Assembly (NCBI GenBank): GCA_964588985.1
Contig: CAZPQW010000005.1
Coordinates: 102,681-166,680 of the forward strand
Source: an uncultured Solirubrobacteraceae bacterium
GTDB taxonomy: Bacteria; Actinomycetota; Thermoleophilia; Solirubrobacterales; Solirubrobacteraceae
DNA length: 64,000 nucleotides
Direction of reading: 5' to 3'
In this document: positions 27,424 through 37,278 of the stretch, one piece after another
How the letters are laid out: each line of letters opens with the position of its first letter
Numbering within the stretch: the stretch's first letter is position 1
Notes under the pieces: model-generated
Told to the model about the DNA's origin: nothing
Databases searched by the model: none
Seen by the model: the letters and a program-made list of their open reading frames with translations, nothing else
Position numbers and translations under genes: made by a program

Positions 27424-27589
27424 CCTTGTCAACGCGCAATCACAATCGAACTGGGAACACCACGATTCGCGGACATGTTTCCTTTACGCCCAATCGAAGG
27501 GCATGTGCGCAGAAACCGCACAACCAAGCCAATTCCAAGCCTCGCAGCTGCATCCCTCCACGCAAAACAGAGCGCTCATTGGACCTTGA

Positions 27590-27621
27590 ACCGGGGGTTT
27601 TGGACCACGAATTGGACCACG
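27590..27621. repeat. Putative integrase arm-type sites (right end)
   Basis: ACCGGGGGTTTTGGACCACG at 27590-27609 and a tandem TGGACCACG at 27613-27621. Confidence 0.65.
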
Positions 27622-27705
27622 GGCACGAAAATGGCCCCAAAACGCGCCCGATAGGCTGACCGTAAGCACAACAAAAACCTAACTGTTAGCAGGCAAAACA
27701 GGAAA

Positions 27706-27778
27706 TGGCGAGACCGGGACTCGAACCCGGGACACCACGATTTTCAGTCGTGTGCTCTACCAGCTGAGCTATCTCGCC
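27706..27778 (-). tRNA. tRNA-Phe(GAA)
   Basis: GGCGAGATAGCTCAGCTGGTAGAGCACACGACTGAAAATCGTGGTGTCCCGGGTTCGAGTCCCGGTCTCGCCA, a canonical cloverleaf. Confidence 0.97.
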
Positions 27779-27819
27779 GCAGACCCGATCCTACCGGCTG
27801 AGCCGCGATCGGCCGAGCC

Positions 27820-28818
27820 TCAGCCGCGTTCCCAGGCTTCGAGATACGGCAGTGGATCGATCGGGTGCCCGCCGGCCGCCTGCCAGCCCCCGACCCAGAT
27901 CTCGAAGTGCAGGTGCGGTGCGGTCGCGTCGCCCGTCTGACCGACCTTGCACAGCGCCTGCCCGGCCGATACGGCCTGTTCGGCGCTCACCGCGAACGAT
28001 GAGGCCTCGCAATGGGCGAACATGAAGTCGAAGCCGACGGTCGTGTGCTCGACGATGTAGTAGCCGGCGCCACCGGCCTGATAGCTCGTGGAGAAGATCG
28101 TCCCTGCCATGGGCGCCACATCGGGCGTGCCTTCCGCCGCGAGCACGTCCTGCCCCTGGTGGATGTGCCCTTCACGCGGCGCGCCGAAGCGGTTTTCCGG
28201 CCCGCCAAAGCTGTGGATGCCCGCAACCGGGAACACGGCGCCGTCTGCGACCGTCTGGGCCGGGGTGAGCACGCCTGCTTCGATAGGAGCGGGCGTGGGG
28301 ACAGGTGCTGGTGGCGGAGCGGGTGCCGAGACCGTGAGGCTCGCCACGCCCGAGCTGTGCGCCTTGCGAAGCAGCGTCCCTCCGTGATGGTCGTGCGCTA
28401 TGACGCTCACCTGATAGCTCCCCGGCGAGAGGGTCGCGCCCGCCGGCCACCTCACGCTGAGCGTGCGGCCCGTGTGAGACCAGGCCAGCGTCGCCGTCGT
28501 CGCGACCGCATGCGTGGCGAGGTTCGTGACGAGCACCTGCACGTACACGGTCCCCACGCCCTTCTCGTCGATGCGGAGCAGCACCCTAGGAGGACGCCCG
28601 GAGATGGCGGTCTTCGGGACCACGAGTTTGCTCACGACCGGCCGCACAGACTGCACGAGCGGCACGCCGTACTCGCTGCCCCCTGCCAGCGGTGCGGACG
28701 GCGTAGGCGGCGCCTGTGCGCCGCCGGGCACGCCGCTCAGCGCAAGCGCAGGCGCCGTGCCACAGCACGCGGCGAGGGTCGTCAGGGCCACAAGCGCAGC
28801 CGAGCGGAGGAAGCTCAT
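27820..28818 (-). CDS. Secreted M23 family metallopeptidase
   Basis: Signal peptide, HQGQD (HxxxD), PHLHFE (HxH). Confidence 0.9.
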   Translation of the reverse strand: MSFLRSAALVALTTLAACCGTAPALALSGVPGGAQAPPTPSAPLAGGSEYGVPLVQSVRPVVSKLVVPKTAISGRPPRVLLRIDEKGVGTVYVQVLVTNLATHAVATTATLAWSHTGRTLSVRWPAGATLSPGSYQVSVIAHDHHGGTLLRKAHSSGVASLTVSAPAPPPAPVPTPAPIEAGVLTPAQTVADGAVFPVAGIHSFGGPENRFGAPREGHIHQGQDVLAAEGTPDVAPMAGTIFSTSYQAGGAGYYIVEHTTVGFDFMFAHCEASSFAVSAEQAVSAGQALCKVGQTGDATAPHLHFEIWVGGWQAAGGHPIDPLPYLEAWERG

Positions 28819-28918
28819 AGTGCGTCTCTCGGCGCACCGCGCCTACTTCAAGAGGGCTGTGAGACGAATTGCAAGGTTTGTCCAGCGCTGCGTAGGTTCG
28901 CGCGGGCGCGCGTCGCGG

Positions 28919-29848
28919 CTACCGCGCTTCGAATTCGGCGACGAGCGACTCGTACGTCAGTCGCAGGCCCTCCGCGATCGGCACCTGCGGGCGCCAGCCG
29001 AGCTCGCGTTCCGCGAGGCTCGCGTCGAGGCAGCTGTGCTCCAGCTCGCCGGGGCGCAGGTCCGCCAGATGCGGCTCGATCTGCTTGCCCGCGGCGCTGC
29101 TCAGGTCCGCCCAGATGCTCGCCACGTCGGTCTCCACGCCGGTCGCGACGTTGTACGTGCCCGCCTTGCCCGACGCGGCGAGCAGAGCACTGACGACATC
29201 GCCGACGTACACGTAGTCGCGCGTGGGCTTGCCGTGGCCGTAGAGCTTGGGGGTCTGGCCGGTGTGCAGGTGGTGGGCGAAGATCGCCACCACGCCGGCC
29301 TCGCCGTGGGGGCTCTGGCGTGGTCCGTACACGTTCCCCAGCCGGCACACCGCGTGCGGGATCCCGGACGACAGCGACCACGTGTTCACGTACGCCTCGG
29401 CGGCCCACTTCGACGCGCCGTAAGGGGACAGCGGCGCGGGGATGCGCTGCTCGTTGGTGGGCATCGGCGCGTCGTCTCCGTAGAGGGCACCGCCGGTGGA
29501 GGTGAAAACGACCGACGCCCCCACCTTGTTCGCCGACTCGACGACGTTGAGCGTGCCCCTCACATTGACATCGCAGTCGCGTCCTGGGTCCTCCACGGAG
29601 GCGACCACGCTCGCCTGCGCCGCGAGGTGGTAGATCGCGCTCGGGCGGACCTCCGCGATGAGCGCGTCGAGCGCCTGGAAGTCGACGATGTCGAGCTCGC
29701 GCAGGTGCGCCTCGGAGGCCACGCGCTCGGCTTTGCCGGAGGAGAGGTCATCGACGACGGTCACCGCGTAGCCGTCCGCGAGCAGCGCGTCGACGACGTG
29801 CGAGCCTATGAAGCCGGCCCCGCCGGTCACGATCGCGCTTGCTGTCAT
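28919..29848 (-). CDS. NAD-dependent epimerase/dehydratase (UDP-glucose 4-epimerase-like)
   Basis: TGGAGFIGSH, YGASK, GNVYGPRQ, RDYVYVGD. Confidence 0.92.
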   Translation of the reverse strand: MTASAIVTGGAGFIGSHVVDALLADGYAVTVVDDLSSGKAERVASEAHLRELDIVDFQALDALIAEVRPSAIYHLAAQASVVASVEDPGRDCDVNVRGTLNVVESANKVGASVVFTSTGGALYGDDAPMPTNEQRIPAPLSPYGASKWAAEAYVNTWSLSSGIPHAVCRLGNVYGPRQSPHGEAGVVAIFAHHLHTGQTPKLYGHGKPTRDYVYVGDVVSALLAASGKAGTYNVATGVETDVASIWADLSSAAGKQIEPHLADLRPGELEHSCLDASLAERELGWRPQVPIAEGLRLTYESLVAEFEAR

Positions 29849-29858
29849 GCGCGGAAAT

Positions 29859-31532
29859 CTATACGGACGCGGTCTGCGCGGCTGTGGTGAGGAGCCCTTC
29901 CACAGCCTGCACCGACTCGTCGATGCGCTCGAGCACGAGCATGCCGTCGCGCTCACGCGGCAGGTTGCCGCCCACGGCGGGGCCGCTCAGCACGACCGGG
30001 ATGTCCGGGTGGCTGGAGCGCAGGTCGCGCAGGGCGATCTCAACCGACTCGTCCTCGTCCGCCACGGTCGCACCGAGCACGACCAGATCGGGAGAGCGGC
30101 TCTCGATCATCGCGAGCAGGCGCTCGGCGGACAGCTCGGTGTCGAAAACGGTCTGGAATCCGGCCGCCGCGAGCTGGTCGTGGACCATCTGCAGCCCCAG
30201 CGTGTGGCGGTCGCCCTCGACGCCCGCGAGCAGCACGCGCTGGCGGGTCGGCTCGGTCCCGCCGGTCATGTAGCGGTAGAGCGTCGCGAGCACGCGGCGC
30301 GCGATCGTGCTCGCGCGGTGCTCGCGCTCGGCGTCGAAGTCGCCTGCTTCGGAGAGCACGCCGATGCGCCGCAGCGCCGGCCCGATCACCTCCGCGTGAA
30401 GCGTCGTCGGCGAGATGCCGTCCTCGATCGCGGTCGCGATCGCGCCCTCGGCCATCTCCGCGTCGCCGCGTTCGAGGGCCGTCGCAAACGTCTCCAGCGT
30501 GCTCTCGACGAGCGCCGCGGGGTCGGAGCGCAGCTGTGCGCGTGCGTCCGGTCCGGTGCGGCCGAGCACTTCCATGAACGCGTCGAGGAGCACCGGGTCG
30601 AAGTGGCGCCCGCGCTGTTCGCGCATCATCTGCACCGCGTCCTCCACGGGAAAGGCCTTGCGGTAGACGCGGTCGCTGGTGAGCGCGTCGAACACGTCCG
30701 CCACGGCCACGATCCGTCCCTCGATCGGGATCGCCTCGCCCTTGAGGCCTCGCGGATAACCGGTGCCGTCCCACTTCTCCTGGTGGCTCAGCGCGATCGT
30801 CGCGGCCATGTCGAGGATCGAGGATGACGAGCCGCGTACGAGCCTGTGGCCCTCCTCCGCGTGGGTCTCCACGATCGCGCGCTCCTCCGGCGTGAGCGGC
30901 CCGGGCTTCAGGAGGATCGCGTCGGGGATCGCCACCTTGCCGACGTCGTGCAGAGGCGCGGCGTGGCGCAGGCGCTCGCAGAAGTCCGCGTCCATGCCGA
31001 TGTGCTCGGCCAGCAGCACCGAGAAGCGTCCGATCCGCTCGATGTGCGCGCCCGTGTCCTCGTCGCGGAACTCGACCGCCATCGACAGCCGCTGCACGGT
31101 CTCCGCCTGCGCGATCTCGAGCTCCGAGAGAGCGCGTTTGAGCTCGCTCGTGCGCGTGTCGATCTCCTGCTCGAGCGCCTCGCGGCTGCCTTCGCCGAAG
31201 CGCCAGCCGATCCCCAGCGCGGAGCATGCAAGGGCGGCCAGGCAGCCGACGATGAGCGCGGAAGCGCCCGCGACGATCGCGCCCGCGATCGCTGCGACAC
31301 CCAGCAGCGCCCAGAACGTCAGCCAGAGCGCGGAGCGCCTGGGCTGCTTCGGAGGTGCTCCGTTGCCGTTGCCCGGGGAGTCGCCGTTCAGCTCCTCGAC
31401 CTCGTCGACGCTACGCATGAGCGCACCGAGACTCGTGGGCCAGCGAGCCGCGACGCGGTCCCGCGTGCGGGATCGCCTGGGCGCCCCCCGGTCGGCGGGG
31501 TGCTGAAGCAAGCTGGCTTGGATTGCGCTCAC
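29859..31532 (-). CDS. Membrane-anchored HD-GYP phosphodiesterase with C-terminal cobalamin-binding domain
   Basis: Two TM helices, LHDVGK, HQEKWDGTGYP, DVFDALTSDRVY, then cap helices ending EREH and a Rossmann domain with EGDRHTLG. Start uncertain. Confidence 0.85.
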   Translation of the reverse strand: MSAIQASLLQHPADRGAPRRSRTRDRVAARWPTSLGALMRSVDEVEELNGDSPGNGNGAPPKQPRRSALWLTFWALLGVAAIAGAIVAGASALIVGCLAALACSALGIGWRFGEGSREALEQEIDTRTSELKRALSELEIAQAETVQRLSMAVEFRDEDTGAHIERIGRFSVLLAEHIGMDADFCERLRHAAPLHDVGKVAIPDAILLKPGPLTPEERAIVETHAEEGHRLVRGSSSSILDMAATIALSHQEKWDGTGYPRGLKGEAIPIEGRIVAVADVFDALTSDRVYRKAFPVEDAVQMMREQRGRHFDPVLLDAFMEVLGRTGPDARAQLRSDPAALVESTLETFATALERGDAEMAEGAIATAIEDGISPTTLHAEVIGPALRRIGVLSEAGDFDAEREHRASTIARRVLATLYRYMTGGTEPTRQRVLLAGVEGDRHTLGLQMVHDQLAAAGFQTVFDTELSAERLLAMIESRSPDLVVLGATVADEDESVEIALRDLRSSHPDIPVVLSGPAVGGNLPRERDGMLVLERIDESVQAVEGLLTTAAQTASV

Positions 31533-31653
31533 CGAGAACTCTCGCGTCCTTGTCTGGTCCTTGGGTCATCTTGCGCTGCCCACTCCCATTCGACGTCACT
31601 ACCCGCAGTGTTGACGGGATCTCGGTGGAGGTAGACATATGTCCGAGCGAGAG

Positions 31654-32361
31654 CTAGTGGCCGCTCTGCAGCTGGTTGATGTTGACGGAGGTGGCCGGCG
31701 CCTTGATCGTCACCGGCTTGTTCCATCGGTCGAACACGATCTTGCCGCCGTCCGCGCCGGTCTTGACGAGCTCGATCGGGTAAGCCGCGCCGGTGGTCGC
31801 CACGTACAGGGTTCCACCCTTGGCGGAGTCGGTCACGCCCACGACCTTCTGGCCGTTGACCGTCGTTGTCCCCGCGCTCTTGAGCGTGCCGTGGGCCGCG
31901 AGCGTCGAGCCGATCAGCTTGCCGAGGTCGGTGAGCTGGGAGAAGGACGCGAAGTTGGCGTTATTGGCGGGCGCCTTCAGCCATTTTCCCTGCAGCAGCG
32001 TGGCCGCGGCCGAGCCGGCGAGGTGGGTGTAGAAGGCAGTGCTGCCGTTGATGTAGACGGCCTTGTCGACCTCGATCAGCTGCACGCTGAGACCTTCGAC
32101 GGCGATGTGCCCCTTGCCGCCCTTGCCCGCGACGAGTTCCATGTCGAGTGATATCGGCTTGCCGCCGCTGACAATTGAGCCCGCCACGTGCGCGCTCACG
32201 GCCGCCGCGGACGCCTTTTTCGCCGCTTCGACGATCTGCGTAGGCGTCTTCGAGGCGATGCCGTTGCCGGAGGAGGAGGATCCGCAGCCGGCGAGCAGCG
32301 GAGCTGCGATGGCAAGGAACGGCAGTAGTGCCCGGAGGGGCTTGAGTTGGAAACGATTCAT
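31654..32361 (-). CDS. Lipoprotein
   Basis: Lipobox LLAGC followed by a Ser-rich linker. Confidence 0.8.
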   Translation of the reverse strand: MNRFQLKPLRALLPFLAIAAPLLAGCGSSSSGNGIASKTPTQIVEAAKKASAAAVSAHVAGSIVSGGKPISLDMELVAGKGGKGHIAVEGLSVQLIEVDKAVYINGSTAFYTHLAGSAAATLLQGKWLKAPANNANFASFSQLTDLGKLIGSTLAAHGTLKSAGTTTVNGQKVVGVTDSAKGGTLYVATTGAAYPIELVKTGADGGKIVFDRWNKPVTIKAPATSVNINQLQSGH

Positions 32362-32465
32362 GGCGCGGACTCTAGCCACCCGGCCAGTCGTCTCCTGCAA
32401 CACGGCTTACAAGCCCGGTCTAAATGACAAGTGCATCGAGCCCCGTGCTACAGACGCGGCAGCGA

Positions 32466-33173
32466 CTATTCGTTGAGCCAGACCGCCACGCCACCGTGGT
32501 GGGAGCATGTCCCGCTACGCGATTCGCTGAAGCTGTAGGTGCCGTCTTCGCACCGTGCGGTAGCTCCCGCGGGCTGGGTCGGGCTTTCGTACGGTTTGCA
32601 GACGACGTTGCCAGCCGAGTTTTCGTAGGTGCCGTTGGGGCATGCGGCCTGCTGCTGAGCCTGTTGGTGTTCCCGCTTTTCGACGGCCTCGCGTTCTTTG
32701 CGTTCGCGCGTTTCGGCTTCGTGTTGACGCTTGGCTTCGGCGCGCGACGCACGTGCACGCGCGAGCGCCTCGAGCTCCGCCGCACTGTGGTGTCGGATGA
32801 CGTGGACGACACGGGTCGCAGGGGAGCGGCCACTCATCGTCGCTTCGACTTCGACCTGGTTGGACCCGATGTGGAGATGCAGCCGGTCGTGCCAGTGTCC
32901 GGAGTGGACCGTCGCTTCGGTGCCGTTGACCGAGATCGAGGCGCCCGTGGATGTGATCCCTGAGATCGTCGCTTCCGACGTAGATACGGAGTAGCTGCCC
33001 TGCGTCAGACGCAACGCAACAGGTACGACCTTCGCCTCGGTCGTGACAGGGCTTGTGCTGCCGATCGAGGTCGCTGTGGTTGTGCCCGTGCCGCTGCTGC
33101 CGCAGCCGGCGAGTGTTACCGCTGCAGCCAGTACGGCGCCGATCAGCGTTACGCGAGCGCGGAACTTCCTCAT
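32466..33173 (-). CDS. Lipoprotein with Ig-like and DUF3761-like domains
   Basis: Lipobox LAGC. C-terminal ATARCEDGTYSFSESRSGTCSHHGGVAVW. Confidence 0.8.
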   Translation of the reverse strand: MRKFRARVTLIGAVLAAAVTLAGCGSSGTGTTTATSIGSTSPVTTEAKVVPVALRLTQGSYSVSTSEATISGITSTGASISVNGTEATVHSGHWHDRLHLHIGSNQVEVEATMSGRSPATRVVHVIRHHSAAELEALARARASRAEAKRQHEAETRERKEREAVEKREHQQAQQQAACPNGTYENSAGNVVCKPYESPTQPAGATARCEDGTYSFSESRSGTCSHHGGVAVWLNE

Positions 33174-33252
33174 GACCTCTCCCCCAAGCGTCGTAGACCG
33201 GAGCAGACTAGCGGATTCCGAATTTTGGAACCCGAGCTTGCCGCCCGCCCCC

Positions 33253-34719
33253 TCAGACAGCCAGCGCGACGTACTTCGTCTCTAGGTACTCGCCGATTCC
33301 CTCGAAGCCGCCCTCGCGGCCGAACCCGGACTGCTTGACGCCGCCGAACGGCGCGGCGGGGTTCGACACGACACCCTGGTTGAGGCCGATCATGCCCGTC
33401 TCGATGCCCTCGCACACGCGGAACGCACGTTCCAGGTCGCGTGTGTACACGTACGCGACGAGCCCGTACTCGGTGCGGTTGGCCGCGGCTATCGCGTGCT
33501 CCTCGGTGGAGAACGTCGCCACGGGCGCCACCGGCCCGAAGATCTCCTCGGCGAACAGACGCGCCTCGCCGGGGACCTCGGAGAGGACGGTGGGCTCGAA
33601 GAAGTAGCCGGGGCCGTCGGCGTGCCCGCCGCCGAGCAGCACGCGCGCGCCGCGCGCGACGGCGTCGTCGACGAGCTCGGTGACCTTGTTGCGCTGCGCT
33701 TCGTCGACGAGCGGACCGATGTCCACGTCGGGCTCGGTGCCGCGCCCCACCTTCAGCTTGCCCATGCGCTCCGCGAGGCGCGTCGAGAACTCCTCCGCGA
33801 CGGACTCGTGCACGTGGAAGCGGTTCGCCGCGGTGCACGCCTCGCCGACGTTGCGCATCTTCGCGAGCATCGCGCCGTCGACCGCCGCGTCGAGGTCGGC
33901 GTCGTCGAACACGACGAACGGCGCGTTGCCGCCGAGCTCCATAGACACGCGCAGCACCTGCTCGGCGGACTGTTCGATCAGCGCGCGCCCCACCTCGGTG
34001 GAGCCGGTGAAAGACAGCTTGCGCGTGCGCGGGTCCTTGAGCAGCGGCGCGATCACAGCGCCGGAGCGCTTGGCTGTGATCACGTTCAGCACGCCGCCCG
34101 GCAGGCCCGCCTCCTCGAGGATCTTCGCGAGCGCGAGCATCGACAGCGGCGTCTGCTGGGCGGGCTTGACGACCATCGTGCAGCCGGCGGCGATCGCGGG
34201 GGCGATCTTGCGGGTACCCATCGCGGTGGGGAAGTTCCACGGCGTGATGAACACGCACGGCCCCACGGGCTGGCGCATGGTGAGGATACGTCCCTTGCCG
34301 GTGGTGTTGACCATGTAGCGGCCGTGTATGCGCACGGCCTCCTCGGAGAACCAGCGGAAGAACTCCGCCGCATAGGCGATCTCCGCACGCGACTCCGCGA
34401 GCGCCTTGCCCATCTCCAGCGTCATCAGCAGCGCGAGGTCGTCGGCCTGCGCGACGATCGCGTCGTACGCGCGGCGCAGGATCTCCCCGCGCTCGCGCGG
34501 CGGATATACGGCCCACTCCTTCTGCGCATCCGCCGCGGCATCCAGGGCGGCCATCGCGTCCTGCTCCTGTGCGTCGGCGACCTCGATCAGCGGCTCGGTC
34601 GTGGATGGGTCCTCGACGGAGAGCGTGCCGCCGCCGCTCGCGGCGCGCCACTCGCCCGCGATGTACAGCTCGGTGGGCACCTGCCCGAGCACCGCCCGCT
34701 CGCGCTCGACGCCAGTCAT
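33253..34719 (-). CDS. gabD: NAD(P)-dependent succinate-semialdehyde dehydrogenase
   Basis: ITPWNFP, FTGSTEVG, MELGGNAP, GEACTAANR, EEIFGP, PFGGVKQSGFGREG. Confidence 0.85.
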   Translation of the reverse strand: MTGVERERAVLGQVPTELYIAGEWRAASGGGTLSVEDPSTTEPLIEVADAQEQDAMAALDAAADAQKEWAVYPPRERGEILRRAYDAIVAQADDLALLMTLEMGKALAESRAEIAYAAEFFRWFSEEAVRIHGRYMVNTTGKGRILTMRQPVGPCVFITPWNFPTAMGTRKIAPAIAAGCTMVVKPAQQTPLSMLALAKILEEAGLPGGVLNVITAKRSGAVIAPLLKDPRTRKLSFTGSTEVGRALIEQSAEQVLRVSMELGGNAPFVVFDDADLDAAVDGAMLAKMRNVGEACTAANRFHVHESVAEEFSTRLAERMGKLKVGRGTEPDVDIGPLVDEAQRNKVTELVDDAVARGARVLLGGGHADGPGYFFEPTVLSEVPGEARLFAEEIFGPVAPVATFSTEEHAIAAANRTEYGLVAYVYTRDLERAFRVCEGIETGMIGLNQGVVSNPAAPFGGVKQSGFGREGGFEGIGEYLETKYVALAV

Positions 34720-34833
34720 CGTGCAGCGCTCAGGCGGTTGACATCACAGCCCGACCGGTACACCATGACCGATGCGCAACTCGAGCGCGACGATGGCCCG
34801 CTGCCCGTGTTGGGGTTTAGACAGGTGCGGCCC

Positions 34834-35910
34834 ATGACCTCAACCTACCACCGCGCGCGAGTTCCCAACCGCGCTGTGAGCACGACCGTCAGGCTGGCAG
34901 TTGGCGCCTTGGCGGCGCTCGCGCTGTGGGCCGCCCCGGCTGGCGCGTCGACGCTCGTGATCGAAGGCGCAGGAGACGGCCACGGCGTGGGCATGAGCCA
35001 GGACGGCGCGCTCGGCTACGCCCAGCACGGCTGGAGCTACCAGGCGATCCTCGCCCACTACTACACCGGCACCACGCTCGGCCAGGCGCCCGCGAAAGCG
35101 GTGATCCGCGTGCTCGTGGGCTCGAAGGTGGTGAAGGTGCCGCTCGAGCGCTACGTGCGTGGCGTGGTGGCGGCGGAGATGCCCTCCAACTGGCCGCTCG
35201 CGGCGCTCGAGGCGCAGGCGATCGCGAGCCGCTCCTACGCGCTCACCTCGCACGCCGGCGGCGCGCGCTTCGACGTGTACTCCGACACCCGCTCGCAGAT
35301 GTACGTGGGCGTGGCGGCGGAAACCGCGAGTACGAACGCCGCCGTGGCCGCAACCGCCGGCCAGATCGTCCTCTACAACGACAAGCCCGCCGCGACGTAC
35401 TTCTTCGCCAGTTCGGGCGGAATGACGGAGAACATCGAGGACTCGTTCCTCGGCGCGCAGGCGGAGCCGTGGCTGGTGGCGGTGCCGGACGCGTACGAAA
35501 CCCACACGTCCACGTGGAAGCACAGCCTGAGCTTCGGCGCCGCGGCTGCGCGTCTGCGCGGGCTCGTGAAGGGCTCGTTCCGCGGGATCGAGGTGCTCAA
35601 GCGCGGCGCCTCGCCGCGGATCGTCTCCGCGGAGGTGCTCGGCACGCGCGGCGTCACGCCGGTGAGCGGCCCCGAACTCGCGGGGCGCCTCGAACTGACG
35701 AGCACGTGGGCGTTCTTTAGCGTCAAACGCGGCGCGCACGTCAAGCGCGAGCCCGACCGCAGCGGGCAAGCCCCCAGCGCCGGGCAGCCAACGGGCAGCG
35801 CGCCTCCACCCCCCGTACAACCGCCGCCGCCCACCTCGCCCCAGGGCGGCGCGCCGGCACCGAGCGCGACGGTGTCCACCGCCGGCACCGGCGGCGCGGC
35901 GGCGGGCTGA
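34834..35910 (+). CDS. SpoIID/LytB domain protein
   Basis: GHGVGMSQDGA, LERYVRGVVAAEMP..WP..ALEAQAIASRSYA. Start uncertain (34765 or 34834). Confidence 0.88.
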   Translation: MTSTYHRARVPNRAVSTTVRLAVGALAALALWAAPAGASTLVIEGAGDGHGVGMSQDGALGYAQHGWSYQAILAHYYTGTTLGQAPAKAVIRVLVGSKVVKVPLERYVRGVVAAEMPSNWPLAALEAQAIASRSYALTSHAGGARFDVYSDTRSQMYVGVAAETASTNAAVAATAGQIVLYNDKPAATYFFASSGGMTENIEDSFLGAQAEPWLVAVPDAYETHTSTWKHSLSFGAAAARLRGLVKGSFRGIEVLKRGASPRIVSAEVLGTRGVTPVSGPELAGRLELTSTWAFFSVKRGAHVKREPDRSGQAPSAGQPTGSAPPPPVQPPPPTSPQGGAPAPSATVSTAGTGGAAAG

Positions 35911-35976
35911 TCGACCATCCGGCTGCGGGCGCGGAGCTATCGTGCGGAAATCCGCCGAGCTGCCGATAACCCGCTC

Positions 35977-36396
35977 ATGAGCGCTCGTCGCATCGCCGTC
36001 GCGCTTGCGTGCGCGGCCTCGCTCCTCGCGCCGGCGAGCTCGCTCGCCGCATCGTCGGTGGGTACGCACGAACAGATCGTGTGGGTTCGCCGTGCGGCGA
36101 CGAGGTTTGTCACCGCCGAGCTCACGCGCAACGGGGCGGAAGCGTGCGCGGTGCTGAACGCGCCGATGCGCGCCGTGAAGCACGGCACCAGCTGCGAACG
36201 GCGTTGGAACGCGAAGCTGACTGCGCTGCTGCGCAAGCACGGCGAGCGTGCGCACCTGCGCGCACAGCTGCACCAGATCGCCTCCGCGGCGGTGATCGTG
36301 CACGGCAACGTGGCGACGCTCGATCTGCCCAGCCCGTTGATCGCCGGCCCGAACCGCTTCCTGTGGACTGAAAACTGCTGGATGCTCGAGGGCTGA
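35977..36396 (+). CDS. Secreted hypothetical protein
   Basis: Signal-peptide-like N-terminus, abuts the next gene. Confidence 0.65.
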   Translation: MSARRIAVALACAASLLAPASSLAASSVGTHEQIVWVRRAATRFVTAELTRNGAEACAVLNAPMRAVKHGTSCERRWNAKLTALLRKHGERAHLRAQLHQIASAAVIVHGNVATLDLPSPLIAGPNRFLWTENCWMLEG

Positions 36397-37278
36397 TTGC
36401 CCTCGCCGCTGCTGATCGCGGACGTTCCGTGGCTGCTTTACCGCTCGTTCTTCGGGCTGCCCAAATCGATCACTGACAGCGAGGGCCGACCGGTGAACGC
36501 GCTGCTCGGCACGGTCAACGCGATCCTGTCGCTACTCGACTCCAAGCTTCCGCGCGCCGTGGTGGCGTGCCTGGGCGATGAGGCGGCGACCTACCGCGTG
36601 GAGCTCTACCCGGCGTATCACGCGCACCGCGACCCGATGCCGGCGGAGCTCGCCGCGCAGTGGGAGAAGGCGCCCGAACTGCTCGCCAGCCTCGGCTGGA
36701 CGGTGGCCGAGAGCCCGGGCCTGGAGGCCGACGACACGATGTTCTCGTTTGCGCTCGCCGAGCAGGAGAGCGGCGGCGAGGCGCTGCTGCTGAGCGGCGA
36801 CCGCGACATGTACGGCGCGGTCAGCGACCGAATCGCGGTGATCGACCTGCGCAAGGGCTCCGAGCAGATGGAGATCGGGCCGGCGGAGGTGCGAGAGCGC
36901 TACGGCGTCGAGCCCGAGCAGGTGCCCGACTTCATCGCCTTGCGTGGAGATCCCTCCGATGGGCTACCCGGCGCTCCGGGCATCGGCGCGAAGACCGCCG
37001 CGGAGCTGCTGCGCGCGCACGGAACGCTCGAGGGCGTGATGGCCGCGGCGAAGGCGCCCGACACGACGATGCGCCCGCGCACGGCCGCCGCCCTGAACGA
37101 GAACGAGGATCTGCTGGGAGTGTTCAAGCGGATCGCGACGCTCCAGCGGGTCGAGGTGCAGCCGCCGGCGGATCGCACCACCGACTTCGCGAACGGCGCA
37201 CGCGTCGCTGGAGAGCTGGGGATGCGGCGACTGGCGGAGCGGCTCGGCGCGCTTGCCGAGAGTCCCTCTACGGCGTGA
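36397..37278 (+). CDS. 5'-3' exonuclease / flap endonuclease family protein
   Basis: EADD, LSGDRD, LRGDPSDGLPGAPGIGAKTA. Confidence 0.9.
   Translation: MPSPLLIADVPWLLYRSFFGLPKSITDSEGRPVNALLGTVNAILSLLDSKLPRAVVACLGDEAATYRVELYPAYHAHRDPMPAELAAQWEKAPELLASLGWTVAESPGLEADDTMFSFALAEQESGGEALLLSGDRDMYGAVSDRIAVIDLRKGSEQMEIGPAEVRERYGVEPEQVPDFIALRGDPSDGLPGAPGIGAKTAAELLRAHGTLEGVMAAAKAPDTTMRPRTAAALNENEDLLGVFKRIATLQRVEVQPPADRTTDFANGARVAGELGMRRLAERLGALAESPSTA

Larger units (their letters stand above)
20254..27751. mobile_element. Defence island integrated at tRNA-Phe, no integrase inside
   Basis: Flanked by 47-bp direct repeats. Internal 20-bp repeat ACCGGGGGTTTTGGACCACG near both ends. Cargo is CBASS and AbiE genes. 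Confidence 0.88.
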
